This document shows positions 1-13,479 of a stretch of 64,000 nucleotides of DNA, piece after piece. Position 1 is the stretch's first letter. Each line of letters begins with the position of its first letter. This DNA comes from Rhynchobatus australiae (taxonomy: Eukaryota), in assembly GCA_034780895.1 (NCBI GenBank), contig JAUZTB010000002.1, forward strand, positions 56,368,217 to 56,432,216. Reading direction: 5' to 3'. Under the pieces are notes generated by a model. The model did not search any database. It had not been told where the DNA came from and was given only the letters and a program-made list of their open reading frames with translations. The translations under genes were made by a program, and so were the position numbers.

Positions 1-281
1 GAAGGCATGAATCTGCTGTAAATCTTGTTATTCTTGGGAAAGCTCATGGAAGTTATTTTGAACTTTTTTATTTGGACCAAATCTTTAATGACTAAAGGAT
101 GACAGTTTGCTTCAATTAATATGAAAAGACTAAATAGTGATAGGTAATGTTTAATATTTTTGTGCAACACTGATACAGCATATTCTCTCATAAGAAATCT
201 GTGGTGCCCCACACCCAAGTGTCATACATCCTTGTTAAAGAACCATTGCTCCCAGTCATTAATAACTCATTGATTTTGTGT

Positions 282-480
282 ACACTATCTGCATGAGCAC
301 TGAAAAAGCTCACAACTACTTTGTTTTCCATTCAAACCCATCTCCAAGTTCCATCCATGACTGAGAATTCCACAATAATGTCCACCTTTGCCTCTACTCA
401 GCTCCACATCAGTAAATTCCTTATCCACATTTTGTTATCTTTGGATTTGATTTCTCCAGCATCCACTTTGCTGTCCCTCC
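282..480 (+). mobile_element. Ancient L2-like LINE fragment
   Basis: Decayed, frameshifted similarity to the L2 ORF2 motif TLIHAFVTSRLDYSNALLAGLP around 405-480. Confidence 0.4.
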
Positions 481-680
481 AACAAAAACAGAAAATGCTG
501 GAAGGAGCAGATCAAGCAGCATTAATGGAAAGAGAAACAGAGTTATTGCTTCAGATTCAAGACTTTTCATCTGATGGGTTTCAGGCCTTAAACGTCAACT
601 CTTAAATGTCCACGTATGCTGCTATGCTGCCCGACCTGCTGAGCATTTCCAGCATTTTTATTTCATATTTCCAGCATGTT
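481..680. mobile_element. Palindromic PLE pseudo-LTR-derived repeat
   Basis: Left arm AAAATGCTGGAA..GCAGATCAAGCAGCA, right arm TGCTGCCCGACCTGCTGAGCATTTCCAGCATTTT, decayed CTGATG..AAACGTC centre. Confidence 0.6.
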
Positions 681-2234
681 TTTTATTGTCACTCTATAAA
701 CTTCACTAGTGTAGAAAACCTGTATCCTGCCACACCTACATCCACAAGATATGCATGTTTCCAAATGGTTAAATTCTTGCAATTTCATTCCCACGTTAAT
801 AATGTGTTAGAAATTCTTCTGATTTTAAGAACAGAATTAGCGAGATGAATAAAAATGCTGTTTTGTTTTAAGTTGGGCCTCCTTTTGCTTTAACAAAGCA
901 GCTATGAATTTGTGCATTTAATATTACATTGATTTTGAAATGTGTACCTGTTTCTCCTGGATTCCCATTACTCAAGGCTCTGCACCATCATTGTTTCTTT
1001 TATAAGCAATTACAAAGCAAGTATCTGATCAGAAGGCACTTCCTTATAATGAAAACTCCCTACCTGAAAATCAGCAGTGCTTAAATACATTTCAAGGATT
1101 GCAAAAAGAGAAACTTAAATACGGAGTCTTTCATTGCGGCTTTCATTAACATTTCAAAAGCTTAATGTATACAATTAATTGCTTTATAGATACTTATAAA
1201 AGAAAATGCAGCAACCATATTGCACTAAAGAACATCTAACACAGGAATGAGGTAAGTCAAGCAACAGTTGAACAGACTCAAAAAGTACACAAAAAGGAAG
1301 GACAAGATTCCTTTAGCACTAGGTGTACTCATTTCTTTAGATTTTAAAGATCATCATAAGATTTCTGACAGCCGTGATATGCACATAGACAATTTCAAAC
1401 TTTTGAAAGAAATCTTCCAAGTTTCAGCAAGCTAATCACAAGGTTTCTTATACCACTCATTACAAAATTATCATGATTAGCCAGGAGATGTACTGGTAAA
1501 AACATAATTAATCTCACTTACAAAGAGCATTATATCAAGGTGTACAAAGGGTACCCATAAATTGTTAAAATATCATTGAAAATGACTTCTGCGCTTTTTT
1601 TTGGCAGCTAAGGTGACTTACAAAAAGAAACTAATTAAATGCATTTGTCTGTCTCAGAGAATGGAGTCAATTTTATCTTTGAAGTAAGACTCAAAGTTTC
1701 GGGTACCAAAGGAAATAACAAATTACTGTAGCCACAGGGAAAAGTACAAACATTTAAGCAGTGTTCTAATCAGTTCAGAGGTTTAAGTGAAATTTCGCAA
1801 ATTTCGTTCAGAGAAGCAGTTGGGCATGATTATTATCGTCAATTTTCTCAAGCTGGGTAATAGAAATTCAGTCTGGGTTTCACATCAAATCAATATTCAT
1901 CGATGCCTGTGATAAAACACAAATTTATTAGGTAATGAGTGAGAATACAATTGTACTGAATTCGTCCAAATCTCACATACACCTTTGTGTGAAAAATGGC
2001 CAGTTAGAGGGCAAATGCCAATGAATTCAGTACAAAAAAAAATTAAATTCTTAATTTCTCAGTTACTCCATTTATTGGCCTTTGTAATTACTTTCTGTAC
2101 CCTTCCATGACATTTTAAAGGTCTTCAGATAGGGGCCTGCAAGTCTCCTTGAATGGCTATAGTTCCAAGGTTTACACTATTTAAAAATGTTGCATTCTGT
2201 CCTTTCCAGATCCATATAAATGTATGAATTCAAG

Positions 2235-2535
2235 TCAGATTTATAGCATGCCAACAGTGTCTTTCATCCCACCAAATCCAACAAATCCAAGCTGACCATC
2301 AAGCACCTGTTTACACAATCCTATATTAATCTTATTCTTATTCTTCCCTCATTCCTATCAACCCCACCACCCCCACCCCCAAAATTCTACCAAGGAATAC
2401 ACACTATGGGCAACTTACAATGGCCACTTAACCTATAAATCCATCCATCTTTGAGATGCAAGAGGAAACCCAAACACCGCAGGAAAGCTATATAGTCACA
2501 GTGAGAAAGTGTAGTCTTCCCAGAGATAACATTGA
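2235..2535 (-). mobile_element. V-SINE (HE1-like), decayed
   Basis: Reverse-strand V-domain remnant (TCTTTGAGATGCAAGAGGAAACC..CACAGTGAGAAAGTG) with CR1-like tail toward lower coordinates. Confidence 0.5.
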
Positions 2536-4760
2536 ACCTTCCAGCCTGCTCCACCATTCAATAAGATCATGGCTGATCTGATTGTACTATAACTCCACGT
2601 TTCTGTCTTCCCCTTACTTATCAAGACTTCACCTATCTCTGCCTTAAAAATATTCAAAGACTCAGCCTCCACCATTCTTGGTCATGACTCACTAAAAGGA
2701 AAGATTTTGTCTCTTCTGTCTTAAGTGGGTGACCTCGAGATCTAGATTCCCCCACAAGATGAAATATCATCTCCAAATCTAAGTTATCAAGCCTCCTTGG
2801 GATCTTAAATGTTTTAATTAAGCCTCCTCTCATTCTTAAACTTCAACAAATACAACCTTAGCTTGTACAACCTTTCCTCTATAAGCAACACAACTAATCC
2901 AAATATCAGTCCAACAAACCTCTGAACTGCTTCCAGCAGACCAACATCCTTTCTTACGCAAGATGATTAATACTACTCACAGTACTCCAGATATTTTCTT
3001 ATCAACGCCCTATATCACTGTGGGATGGCCTCCATATTTTCTTTTTAATTCCCCTTGCAATAAGCAATAACGTTTGTTAGTTTTAGTAATTACTTGCTGT
3101 ACATGCATACAAACCTTTCACAAAGCATGCATACACTATCATACCTAGATCCCTCTGCATCTCAAACTTTGCAAACTCTCATCTTTTTGACAATATCCTT
3201 TTTAGTTTTTCCTGCCAATGGAAACATAGAAAATCGAGCACAAGGAACATCATTTAGTCCTTTGAGCCTGGTCCAAAATTTATAATGATGATGATTGAAT
3301 CTCAATACCATATTCTTGCTCACTCCCTGTATTCCTTGATGACTTGTCTGGAAACTCATCCTCCCTCCCTCTTAAGTATATTCAGTCACTTGGCCTCCAC
3401 CATTGTTTGTGGCAGAGAATTCCACAATTTCACCACCCTCTGTGAGAAGAAATCTCTCCTCATCTCTAACCTAAATATCGAATACTGCATCTCAAGACTT
3501 TGCACCTCTTCCCCATATTCAGTCTGTCTCACCCTGTCAAAATTTTGTACATTTTAATCAGATCCTCTCTCACTCTTCTAAAGCCTAGTTGACCCAATCT
3601 CTCCTTATACAATCATCCTATCATCCCAGGAATCAAACCACTGAACCTTGGCTGCACTCCCTCCATAGCAAGTATATCTTTTCTTTGGTAAGAAGTCCAA
3701 ATTGCACACAACAATCCAGGTGTTGTTACACAATGCCCTGTACAATGGTAGTAGGTCATCCCTGCTCCTGTACACAAAACCTCTTGCAATGAAGGCTGCA
3801 CAACTCTAGTGACTTTGATTTGATCCTAACCTAAGGTGCTCTATTTGTGAGGTTGGTATATTTTCATGTGATTTGCCCAGTCATTTAACATATCTATTAT
3901 CCTTTTGGGGCCTCTTTACATCCTCTTCACAACTTATTTTCCCATGACTGTGTATTCAGCAAACTTAGCAACCATACCTTCAGTACCTTCATCTAGATTA
4001 TTTATATAAATTGAGGCCCTTGCACTGATCCCTCCGGTATATCATATTATATCTAGCCAACTAGAAAAGAGCCATTTATGCCTAATCTTCATTCAAAGCC
4101 AGCCATATATTCATCCACATGAAGATATGTTACCTCCTACACCAGGAGCTTTCATTTTCTGCATTAACCTTTGATAATGCACTTTATCCAAAGTAGGTGG
4201 CTTCATACACACTTACAATGAAATCAGTTTGCTACAGATTTTTCCAGGTCACTAACCCATACCTAACTCTCAATAATTTAATGCTTCCATCCACACTACC
4301 TACAATGCTACACTACCTTTGTATCATGATTATATCTGGATATGTGAACACCTAATCCATTACCCATCATAGATAATTTGGCTAAAATGTTGAGGCCCTG
4401 CATAGATCCTTGTGAGGCATCAATAATCATAATTTAAAAATTTGATATCTGCCCACCATCACAAATTCAGAACCAGGTTAATAAACTTACTTCAACATAC
4501 CAAGTTTCACCTTCAGTTCTATTATGTGAGGCTTCATGAAATGCCTCTTGGAGGTCCAGAGAAATGACATCTATAGGCATTCCCTTGTTTAACCACATCT
4601 TTAGAAAAAAAAAATCAATAAGTTTATTAAGTGTAGCCTATCCTTTAAAATCCTGGCTCTGCAATCACTTGAAATTTTCAGGCATCCGGTCACTTTATCT
4701 TTAATTACAGACTCCCGTAATTTCTCCAAAAAAAAATCAAAATAGTCTACAACTTCCTGG
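2536..4760 (-). mobile_element. Cluster of nested decayed CR1 LINE fragments
   Basis: Reverse CR1 3' ends (CAGCCTGCTCCACCATTCAATAAGATCATGGCTGATCTG; ATAGAAAATCGAGCACAAGGAA at about 3225). Minus frame HCVTTPGLLCAIWTSYQRKDILAMEGVQPRFSGLIPG matches the CR1 ORF2 C-terminus. Confidence 0.7.
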
Positions 4761-5055
4761 TTTCTCTCTCTCTCTCTCTCTCACACACACTCAATGTGAC
4801 ACTATGTTCCAATCTAAAAGGAATGATTACTAAATTGAGAGAATTTTGGAAGTCTTGGTCATTGAATTTAGATGCCTTGTTAAGGGATATTGTATTAGAT
4901 GACAGAACAGGGAACAAAGCAGGTAATATACTTAATTACAGGAAAATTGACAAAGGGAAAGTGGGTGTATTTACTGACAACATTGACACATTCATGAAGT
5001 ACACACAGAGTCAATATGTTTGGAGCTAGAAAGATAAAAAGATTTGAATCACCAG

Positions 5056-5610
5056 TGTTACGAACCAGCAACAAAAGAAACACACCGAGACATTAATAAC
5101 TACTTATGATAATAAGTAAAATAAAAAGTAAAAATGTTAGAATGTTAGAAGTAAAAATGTTAAACCCCGAACATTAACTCCCAAAAACTATCTAAACTTG
5201 TCATGTGTGTGTGGCAAATTCCCAAACTCCACGTCCAGGAATGGTTCTTAAAGTTCAGTTCAGCAAGCCATAAGGTGAAACATGAGTAAAGGCTTCTTCA
5301 ACAATCACCGTTGTCTGGAGATAAAACGTAGATGCAGAGAGATTATAGAGAGTATCCTGGCCGTCCACACCAACTACCTTTTTCCTTCGACAGTTCAAAA
5401 ACCAAGTGAACTCCACTTCTTCACTTCGACGTGTTTGCCATACTCTCGAGCATCCGTGCGCTCCACATCAACTACCTGTTTTCCTCCGCAGGTTACCGAC
5501 AAAGTGAATTCCACCGGATTACTCTCAACAATCCATACGTGGATTATAGAGACAGTCACAGTTATTGTTACTCATCCATCGAAAGAGAAAACTAGCAGGT
5601 TAGTCTCTCA

Positions 5611-5646
<36 letters not shown>

Positions 5647-5700
5647 CCCCCTCCTCTCGCCTCCTCTCCTTTCTCCTCTCTCTCTTTTTCTTTTCTTGAA
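5056..5700 (-). mobile_element. LTR copy 1 (partial; ends in an expanded CT microsatellite)
   Basis: Begins TGTTACGAACCAGCAACAAAAGAAACACACC, colinear with the copies at 22045 and (inverted) 29470. The other terminus is absent. Strand inferred from the polyA-signal position in the family. Confidence 0.75.
5604..5697. repeat. (CT)n and pyrimidine-rich microsatellite
   Basis: Seen directly; an expanded version of the short CT run in the other LTR copies. Confidence 0.9.
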
Positions 5701-5984
5701 CAGTGCGCCGTAAACCGGAGTGGTTCGGTTTGCTGCTCATGCGTCAGGGTCTTCTCCCCTGACACCACTGCCAAACACCACTGACTGACAGGCTTTGTCA
5801 CGTGGCCATTCATCTGTCATAATGTTGGAAGACCTTCATCTGATGGCCATGCTATGTAGGGAGAGGTTGCGATCAGTGTAAAGACAGGGTTTCATCTCTG
5901 CAGGGACTGTGCAGGGGTCGCTCCTACCAATGCAGTCATAGAGGCCTGTAACTAGAAGCCAATAAGTAATCTCATCTTATTTTA

Positions 5985-6325
5985 ACAACATAGAAGAAAG
6001 ACATTCAGCCCATTGAGTCAATGCCAACTCTCAGAACAAGTCCATCAACCCCATTCGCTCACATATTTCCCTTTAACTGATTCCCTCTCTCATACCGTTA
6101 ACTACCGCCCCGGTTCTCCTGCCATCACCTGCACTAGGGGCAATTTAAAGTAACCTGTTAACTTACCAACCCGCATGTCTTTGGGATGTGAGAGGGGACT
6201 GGAGCACCTGGACAAAACCCACTTGGTTACAGGGAGAACATGCAGACTCCACACAGTCAGCACCAGAAGTTAGGACTGATGTCGAGAATCTGGAGCCGTG
6301 AGGCAGCAGCACTACCTGCTGCCTC
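5985..6325 (-). mobile_element. V-SINE (HE1-like) with CR1-type tail
   Basis: Reverse V-domain GCATGTCTTTGGGATGTG..GGAGCACCTGG..ACAGGGAGAACATGCAGACTCCACACAG, tRNA-like head near 6270-6325, tail ATTCAGCCCATTGAGTC. Confidence 0.7.
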
Positions 6326-6984
6326 TCGGTGTCGCTGGTCTGATCACCTTCACTGTCTTGTTTCTGTAAACTTGCTGTGTGCGGATTGGTTACTGAGTTT
6401 CCTCCAGTTCAAAAGTACTTCATCAGTTGTAAAGGATTCTGAGATGGTAGAAAAGCTTTTTTTTTAACAAGAATTGAACCCTCATGATTGAGGCAAGAAT
6501 TCAGGACACCTCCTGATGAATTTAATCTCCCTAATGGTTTTACTTAGTTTCTGTAGTTTCAAAGAATTAAATGGATTCTTTGAAGACTTAATCTATTGCT
6601 GATTAAAGAGTACATTCACTTTCCAATAAACCCAAGCAATCAATGCCTGCTTGATTATTTCACTCTTAAGCAATCTTTCACTCAGTGAGTGTTCACTTTC
6701 TCACACTGATGTCCACCTCGGTGCCAGACTTTGTTCAATATCCAATGACAATGGAGGGTTGACATTCCAGTCAGAGGCCATGAAAACAACGTGAAACTGT
6801 TACTGCTCCTGCACCAGCTGCTGCTGAGAGAAAATACAGGCACTTGGGTATTGACCTTCAGTCATGCTCAGCCCTCAGTGTGCTACATTATTGCAGGCCA
6901 AGCAAGGCCACTGTCGGATGGGCAATCCATCTCCCTCCTTCAGCCTCCAGTCACTTTGTTTAAAACTCTCGCTACTCTTCCTTG

Positions 6985-7740
6985 AAGCAAAAACAGACAT
7001 GCCAGAAGAACTCAGCCAATCAAGCAGCATCGGTGGAAAGAGAAACCAGTCAACGTTTCAGGTCAGTGACCTTTCCTCAGAACTGGGGGAGTGGGGGGAG
7101 TGGAGGGGTGTCAGTTATCAGAGCAGAGCTGGGAGAGGAGAGAGGTGCTGGGCAATAGACTATATGGAGATGGGTTATGGAGACACGAGAGGCAGATGCT
7201 GGAATCTGGAGCAAAAACAAAATGCTGGAGGAACTCAGCAGGTCAGGCAGCATCAGTGGAGGGAAATGGATAGTCAACAGTGTTTTCCCGACACATCGAG
7301 TGTCCTCTGGAGAAAGGTTGTGACAGACCAGGTAATAACGAGCATGAGCAGTGACTGTTAATGTGGCATCTTGAAGTAACAGGGTGAGAAAGCATGAAAT
7401 TGGGAAATGATGGGAGAGCAGTTACCTGAAGTGGAAAATTCAACGTTCATTCCAAAGTGGCCAGTCTTCTGGTTTACGCTGAGCCTCGCCGTGGCAGTGG
7501 GGGAGGCCGCAGATGGGCAGGTCAGAATGGGAGTGGGATTGAGAATTAAAGTGGCATGCGACAGGAGGTTCAGGATCACCCCTGCAGACTGAGTGCAAGT
7601 GTTGTGCAAAGCGATCACCCAATCTGTGTTTGGTTTCTCCAGTGTAGAGGGAACCACGATGTGAACACTGAGTGAAGCACACTAGACTGGGAGAAGCGCA
7701 AGGGAATCGCTGCTTCACCTGGAATGATTGTTTGGGTCAA
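6985..7740 (-). mobile_element. Penelope-like element 3' part: GIY-YIG endonuclease remnant plus pseudo-LTR pieces
   Basis: Minus frame CSHRGSLYTGETKHRLGDRFAQHLHSV..PVACHFNSQSHSHSDL, then MNVEFS after a frameshift, matches the PLE GIY-YIG domain. Terminal repeat pieces at about 6985-7090 and 7185-7280. Confidence 0.85.
7046..7086 (-). ncRNA. Minimal type I hammerhead ribozyme motif in a Penelope-like pseudo-LTR
   Basis: Minus strand reads CCAGUU CUGAGGA A AGGUC ACU GACCU GAAA CG UU GACUGG: CUGANGA and GAAA cores, 5-bp stem II, 6-bp stem I (CCAGUU/GACUGG, one G-U), UH site, palindromic AACGUU in place of stem III. Confidence 0.75.
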
Positions 7741-7787
7741 ATCCAACACACTCCTTCTTCCAATTTACTCCGTCTCCCTTCCAGCTC

Positions 7788-9540
7788 ATAGATAGAATTA
7801 TAGAATCACAGAATTGTACAGCATGGAAACAGACCACTTGGCCCAACCTGTCCATGCTGACCAGTGGACACTCCTCTCTGTTAATCCTATTGCCCAGCAC
7901 TTGGTCCATAGCCCTCTTTGCCTGGGTAATTCAAGTGGTCATGTAGACACTTCTTAGATGCTGGCAGGGACTCAGTTTCAACCACTCTTTAAGGTAATGC
8001 ACTCCAGGTACTTACCACTCTGTGGATGAAGACAGTCTATCTCATATCCCTTCTAAATTTCTTCCCCCTTCCCCTAAACCTATGGCCCTCTAGATTTATC
8101 TTCTGATGCAGAAGACTATCTTGTAGTCTACCCTGTCTATATTACTCATGATTTCATATACCTAATGTCCTCAGCTCCAGGAGAACAGACCCAGCTTCTC
8201 CTCATAACTGAACTGCTCTGTCCCAGGTAACGTTCTGGCAAATCTCCCCTGCACCCTCTCCAGTGCTATCACATGCTTCCCATAACATGCTGATCTGAAC
8301 TGTACATAGTGCTCCAGCTGAGGACGAGCCAAGGTTTTATGACCAAGCATGACCTCCCAACTTCTGTATTCAGAGCCTTGACTACTGAAGGCTGGTATCC
8401 AAATGTCTTCCGAACCATGTTATCGACCAGCAAGTAACCTTCAATGATCTATGAACTTGTACTCCAAGGTCCCTTTGTTCCTCAATACTCCCTAAGACCC
8501 TACTATTCATGGTTTATGTCCTAGCCTCATTAGTGCTTGCAAAATGCATCACCTCATATTTGTCCAGAATGAACTTCATCTGCAATTTTGAGTTTTACCA
8601 AGACCCCATTTCACTAACACATTGATAGCTTTTTGCAACAAGATTACCTTGCACACTATCAACAACTCCAACAACCTACTGATTTTGCCTCCCACATCCA
8701 TATCCAAGTCATTCACATACACTACAAACAGCAAGGTTCCCAGCACCAGTCCTTGTGGGACATCATTAGTCACAGCCATCAAATCGCAAAAACAACCCTC
8801 TCCCATCACCCTCTGTCTCCTGTTACCAAGCCAATTTAGGATCCAGTTTGTTAACTTGCCCTGGATCCCATAAACCCTCACCTTTTGAACCAGTCTCCCA
8901 TGTGGGACCTTGTCAAAGGCTTTGTCACAATCCATGTACACCACATCTCGTGCCCTGCCCTCAATGATACACTTCATTACCTCTTCAAAGAATTCAATCA
9001 AATTGGTCAGACAGGATCTACCCTTGTAAAAGCCATGTCATTCCTAATGATCATTAATCCTCTCCCTCAGAACTTTTTCTAGTATCTTCCCTATTACTTA
9101 TGTTAGACTCGCAGGTCTATAGTTGCCAGGCTTTTACCTGCTGCCTTCCTTGAATAGAGCGACCATGCTTGCTGTCCTCCAGTCAAGCAGTATCTCACTT
9201 TGTGTCCAGTGAAGATTTTAAAATCTCAGCCAGAGCCCCAGCAATCTCTTCCCATTCCTCCTGTAGCAGTCTGGGACAAATCCCACCCATTCCAGGGGAT
9301 TTATCCACCTTTAAGCTCACCAAGACATTGAGTACCTCCTCTTTATTTACGGAGACCTGCACTGGACTTCGGCCTGCCCCTTCACTGAACTCTCCACCTA
9401 CAAAGTCTGTTTCTTTTGTGAATACCGACGAAAAGTAGTCATGTAGGATCTCACCTGTTCCTCTGGCTCCACGCAGATCGTCCCTGTTGCCCATAATGAG
9501 CCTTACTTTTACCCTGCTTATTCTTTCCCCCTTAATATAC
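7788..9540 (-). mobile_element. CR1 LINE, 5'-truncated, RT region to 3' end
   Basis: IEFFEEV..DVVYMDCDKAFDKVPHGRL..NWLGNRRQRV..VPQGLVLGTLLFVVYVNDLD and DYFSSVFTKE..LKVDKSPG..ICPRLL. CR1 tail at about 7790-7860. Confidence 0.9.
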
Positions 9541-9576
9541 TAGACCCAATTCATTCCCTCCCCCAGAGGGGGAGCT

Positions 9577-9664
9577 TGCAATCCACATATGGATTGTTGA
9601 GAGTAATCTGGTGGAGTTCACTTTGTCGGTAACCTGTGGAGGAAAACAGGTAGTTGGTGTGGAC
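9577..9664 (+). mobile_element. Fragment of the same LTR family, cut by an assembly gap
   Basis: Near-identical to 29693-29768 (TGCAATCCACATATGGATTGTTGAGAGTAATC.GGTGGAGTTCACTTTGTCGGTAACCTGTGGAGGAAAACAGGTA). Confidence 0.8.
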
Positions 9665-9854
9665 NNNNNNNNNNNNNNNNNNNNNNNNNNNNNNNNNNNN
9701 NNNNNNNNNNNNNNNNNNNNNNNNNNNNNNNNNNNNNNNNNNNNNNNNNNNNNNNNNNNNNNNNTGAGATGCATTTTTTTAAAAATTGGGTTTAATAAAA
9801 AAATACACCAAATAAGAGATCTCAGCATATAGCGCAATGAATTTTACTTGACGT

Positions 9855-11185
9855 CTGACATCCACCATCATTAAGTGCTTCGAGAGGCTGATCACAGCAC
9901 AGATCAAGTCCAGCCTCCCAGACAACCTCGTCCCACTGCAATTCACCTACCACCAAAACAGATCCAGGGCAGATGCCATCTCCCTGGCCCTACACTCATC
10001 TCTGGAGCATCTGGACAGTAAAGACACCTATGTTAGACTACTGTTTATTTGACTACAGCTCTGCTTTTAATACTATAATTGCAAGCAAACTCATCTCCAA
10101 ACTCCCAGACCTGGCACTCAATACCTCCCCTTGCAACAGGATCCTTGACTTCCTGGCCAACAGACCACAACAGTAAGGATTGGCAGCAACACCTCCGCCA
10201 CAATTATCATCAACACTGGTGCCCCACGTGGCTTGACCTCAGCCCCCTACTCTACTCCCTATACACTCATGACTGTGTGGACAGATTCTTCTCTAACTCC
10301 ACTGTAGTGGACAAGAATCTCAAATAACAATGAATCGGAGTACAGGAAGGAGATGGAGAGCTTAGTGGAATGGCGTCATGACAACAACCTTTGCCTCAAT
10401 CAGCAAAACAAAAGAGCTGGTCATTGACTTCAGAAAGGGGGGCAGTGCACACACTCCTGTTTACATCAATGGCGCTGAGGCCGAGAGGGTTGAAAACTTC
10501 AAGTTCCTAGGAGGGAACATCAATAGCCTGTTCTGATCCAAGTACATAGATGCTATGGCCAAGAAAGTGCACCGGTGCCTCTACTTCCTCAAGTGGCTAA
10601 AAAAAATTTGGCATGTCCCTTTCACCCTCACCAATTTTTATTGATGCACCACAGAAAGCATCCTATCTGGATGCATCATGGCTTGCTATGGCAACTGCTC
10701 TGCCTGAGATTGCAAGAAACTGCAGATAGTTGTGGGCACAGCTCAGCACATCACAGAAACCAACCTCCCCTCTATGGACTCTCTCAACACTTCTCACTAC
10801 CTTGGTAAAGCAGCCAGCATAATCAAAGACACTACCCACCCTGGACATTCTTACTTCTCCACCCTCTCATCAAGCAGAAGATACAAAAGCCTGAAAGCAT
10901 GTACCACCAGGCTCAAGGACAGCTTCTATCCCACTGATATGAGACTACTGAACTATCCCCTAGTACAATAAGGTGGACTCAACTTCACAATCATCATTAT
11001 GGCCTTGCACCATATTGTCTGCCTATACTGCATTATCTCTGTAACTGGAACACTTTATTCTGCATTCTGTTATTGTTTTCCCTTGTACTACCTCAATGCA
11101 CTGTTGTAATGAAATTATCTGTATGGATGTTAGGCAAAATAAAGTTTTTACTGTACCTCCGTACATGTGACAATAATAAACCAAT
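9855..11185 (+). mobile_element. Rex1/Babar-type LINE, RT region to 3' end
   Basis: [92 protein letters not shown]. Tail ACTGTACCTCCGTACATGTGACAATAATAAACCAAT. Confidence 0.88.
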
Positions 11186-13479
11186 GTAGATATGCCTCAT
11201 ATCCTGAATGAAATCCTGAAATTATAGGACTACTAAGTGGCTCGAAATGGAATCTACAAATGCAAGATTTGGTATATATCCATGCCAATAAGAAGTTTTT
11301 TTTATTGAACATAATAATGCATAGTAACATAATTAACATTGGACAGAAAAGTTTATAAAAACACTTTCAAAATTAACCGTAGAATGTTTGTCAAAAAGTC
11401 ATGCCATGTACATCTCTAGACAATACATATCAATGTGGAATAAAAAAGTGTATATTTTCATATATAGTTTTCAATTTATATGTTCTGAAGCCATGCAAAT
11501 CACTTAAGTATTTATAACCAGTTTTCCCAAACAAGTCAACCTTCATTTCATGTTTTTTTTAAATGTACTTTTTATGCAGTTCTCATCATTCCTGGAATTA
11601 TAATTACTTTCAAATCTATGTGTCCCTGCCCCTGCCCCTACCTCCACCACACCCTCTCCCCTGAACTAACCCATACACCCATTTCATCAGAGCACTGGCT
11701 CACTATGGAACCAATCTACAATCTGAAAACCATACAGTTCAGCATTAAAACATACTTAAACATAATTTTACACAATTAACAATTAAGATGTTGCACAAAC
11801 AAATACATCATAAAGACCCATGGGATGCAATTTAGATTACCTAAGTCACACCCCATAACTCAGTTGCAACCTTAGCATCTGCAAGCTCTCAGGTCAGTCC
11901 TTGTGTGGGAAATAATCACATCCCATGGGTCTTTGCAGAATGTCCTCTGCATCTCCCTACTAATGATATCATTGCTATTTCAGTGCCAAGACTGAGATTA
12001 TTTTCATACATCCCCAGTTCCCACCATTCCTTTTGATATTATAAGAGACAGCTGTCTCAACCCCAACTATGATAACTCAGATATAAATGACAAAACAGGT
12101 GACTTTCTCCATGAATAAATATAAATATAGCTTGTTCAAATACACAGGTGGCAGCTGTCTGGAAAAAAAAGCTTACCAATTTAATTCAGTATAATGACAA
12201 AACCAAATTTTATTGTATTTATATTCAGTCACCATGCCAAATCATTACTAGGAACTTACATTTACAGCTGAAGGGAACCAAATTAATTTAATACACAGTC
12301 TGCAAGTAGGAGATCCTCTGGTTGCTAGACAGTGACCAAAGGAGATACAAATAACTTGGGCAAACCAATGTGCCGAATTACAATTCATTTAAAACATCAA
12401 GTTTTTAATTATATGATATTCATTAAATTATTTGGCATCATAACTTAATAACAATATGGTATAATAGGTGCATGCTAATCAACACATGATGCTAATTAGC
12501 CAGCTCACTAATGGAAAAATGTAATAGAATAATATTCATTATTCTGTATTGGTGGACAACATTATGCAAGTTTACTTGTGACCTCTTCCATGTGAAAAGC
12601 ATTGATTAGCATTTTCTAAATTCATATAAAATTGTTTGTGAAATATTCTCTAAACTGCTCTAAATCACAGCTGCCTTCATCAATTTTAACTTGTTAATAT
12701 TCACAACTTCACTACCTATTTCCAGTTATTTCTGAAGTGTTAAATGAGTCAAATTAGTGGAAAAAATTAGTCATTCCAAGGAATCTTCTAAGAAGCTAAC
12801 TCTTGTCACCCACTGATATAATACGAAACAAAAATTATTCATTCTTACTCTCTGGAGAATCATTACCAGCTCTAACCTGCAAAGTATACATGTTCCAAAT
12901 AGTACCATGTTTAATTGGTTTCAATAACAGTGGCTGTTGGTCCTCCGGAGACACTACTAACAAGAATGACTCCAGCTGCAGATGTTTTATCAGAGATCTT
13001 ATTCAAATGTATGTAAAAGCACTAGTAACAGATGCCCAGAGGTGGGATTGAGGGCTATTTCCTAATTTCACATAATAAATTTTATACCGATATTTTAAAA
13101 TAGCAACATTTATTTTTTAAGCTGTGTTTACTGTTCAACTATAAATAAGCACAACACCCTATTGTAATAAACAATGGGGAACAAATTGGATTAACCGTCC
13201 TGCCTCCAGCACCCCCCCCCCCCACCCCACAAACAAAGCTTGCAATCCTCTATTAACTGCCTGTTTGTTCAGTCAGTATTTACTAAGCTGTGGAGTGGCT
13301 ACTTGCCGTAGCAAGGGCCAATATTATGCTCACAGTACAGAAACAATCTGTACTGCTGAAAACTAGCCCACACCTTTTAAGGAGGACATGCATTGTGGCT
13401 ACAACTGGCACTGGTAGATTTCTGGAATTCATTTTGATCAATGCATTTAAGAACTGTATAGCACGGTGGCATCCAAGTC

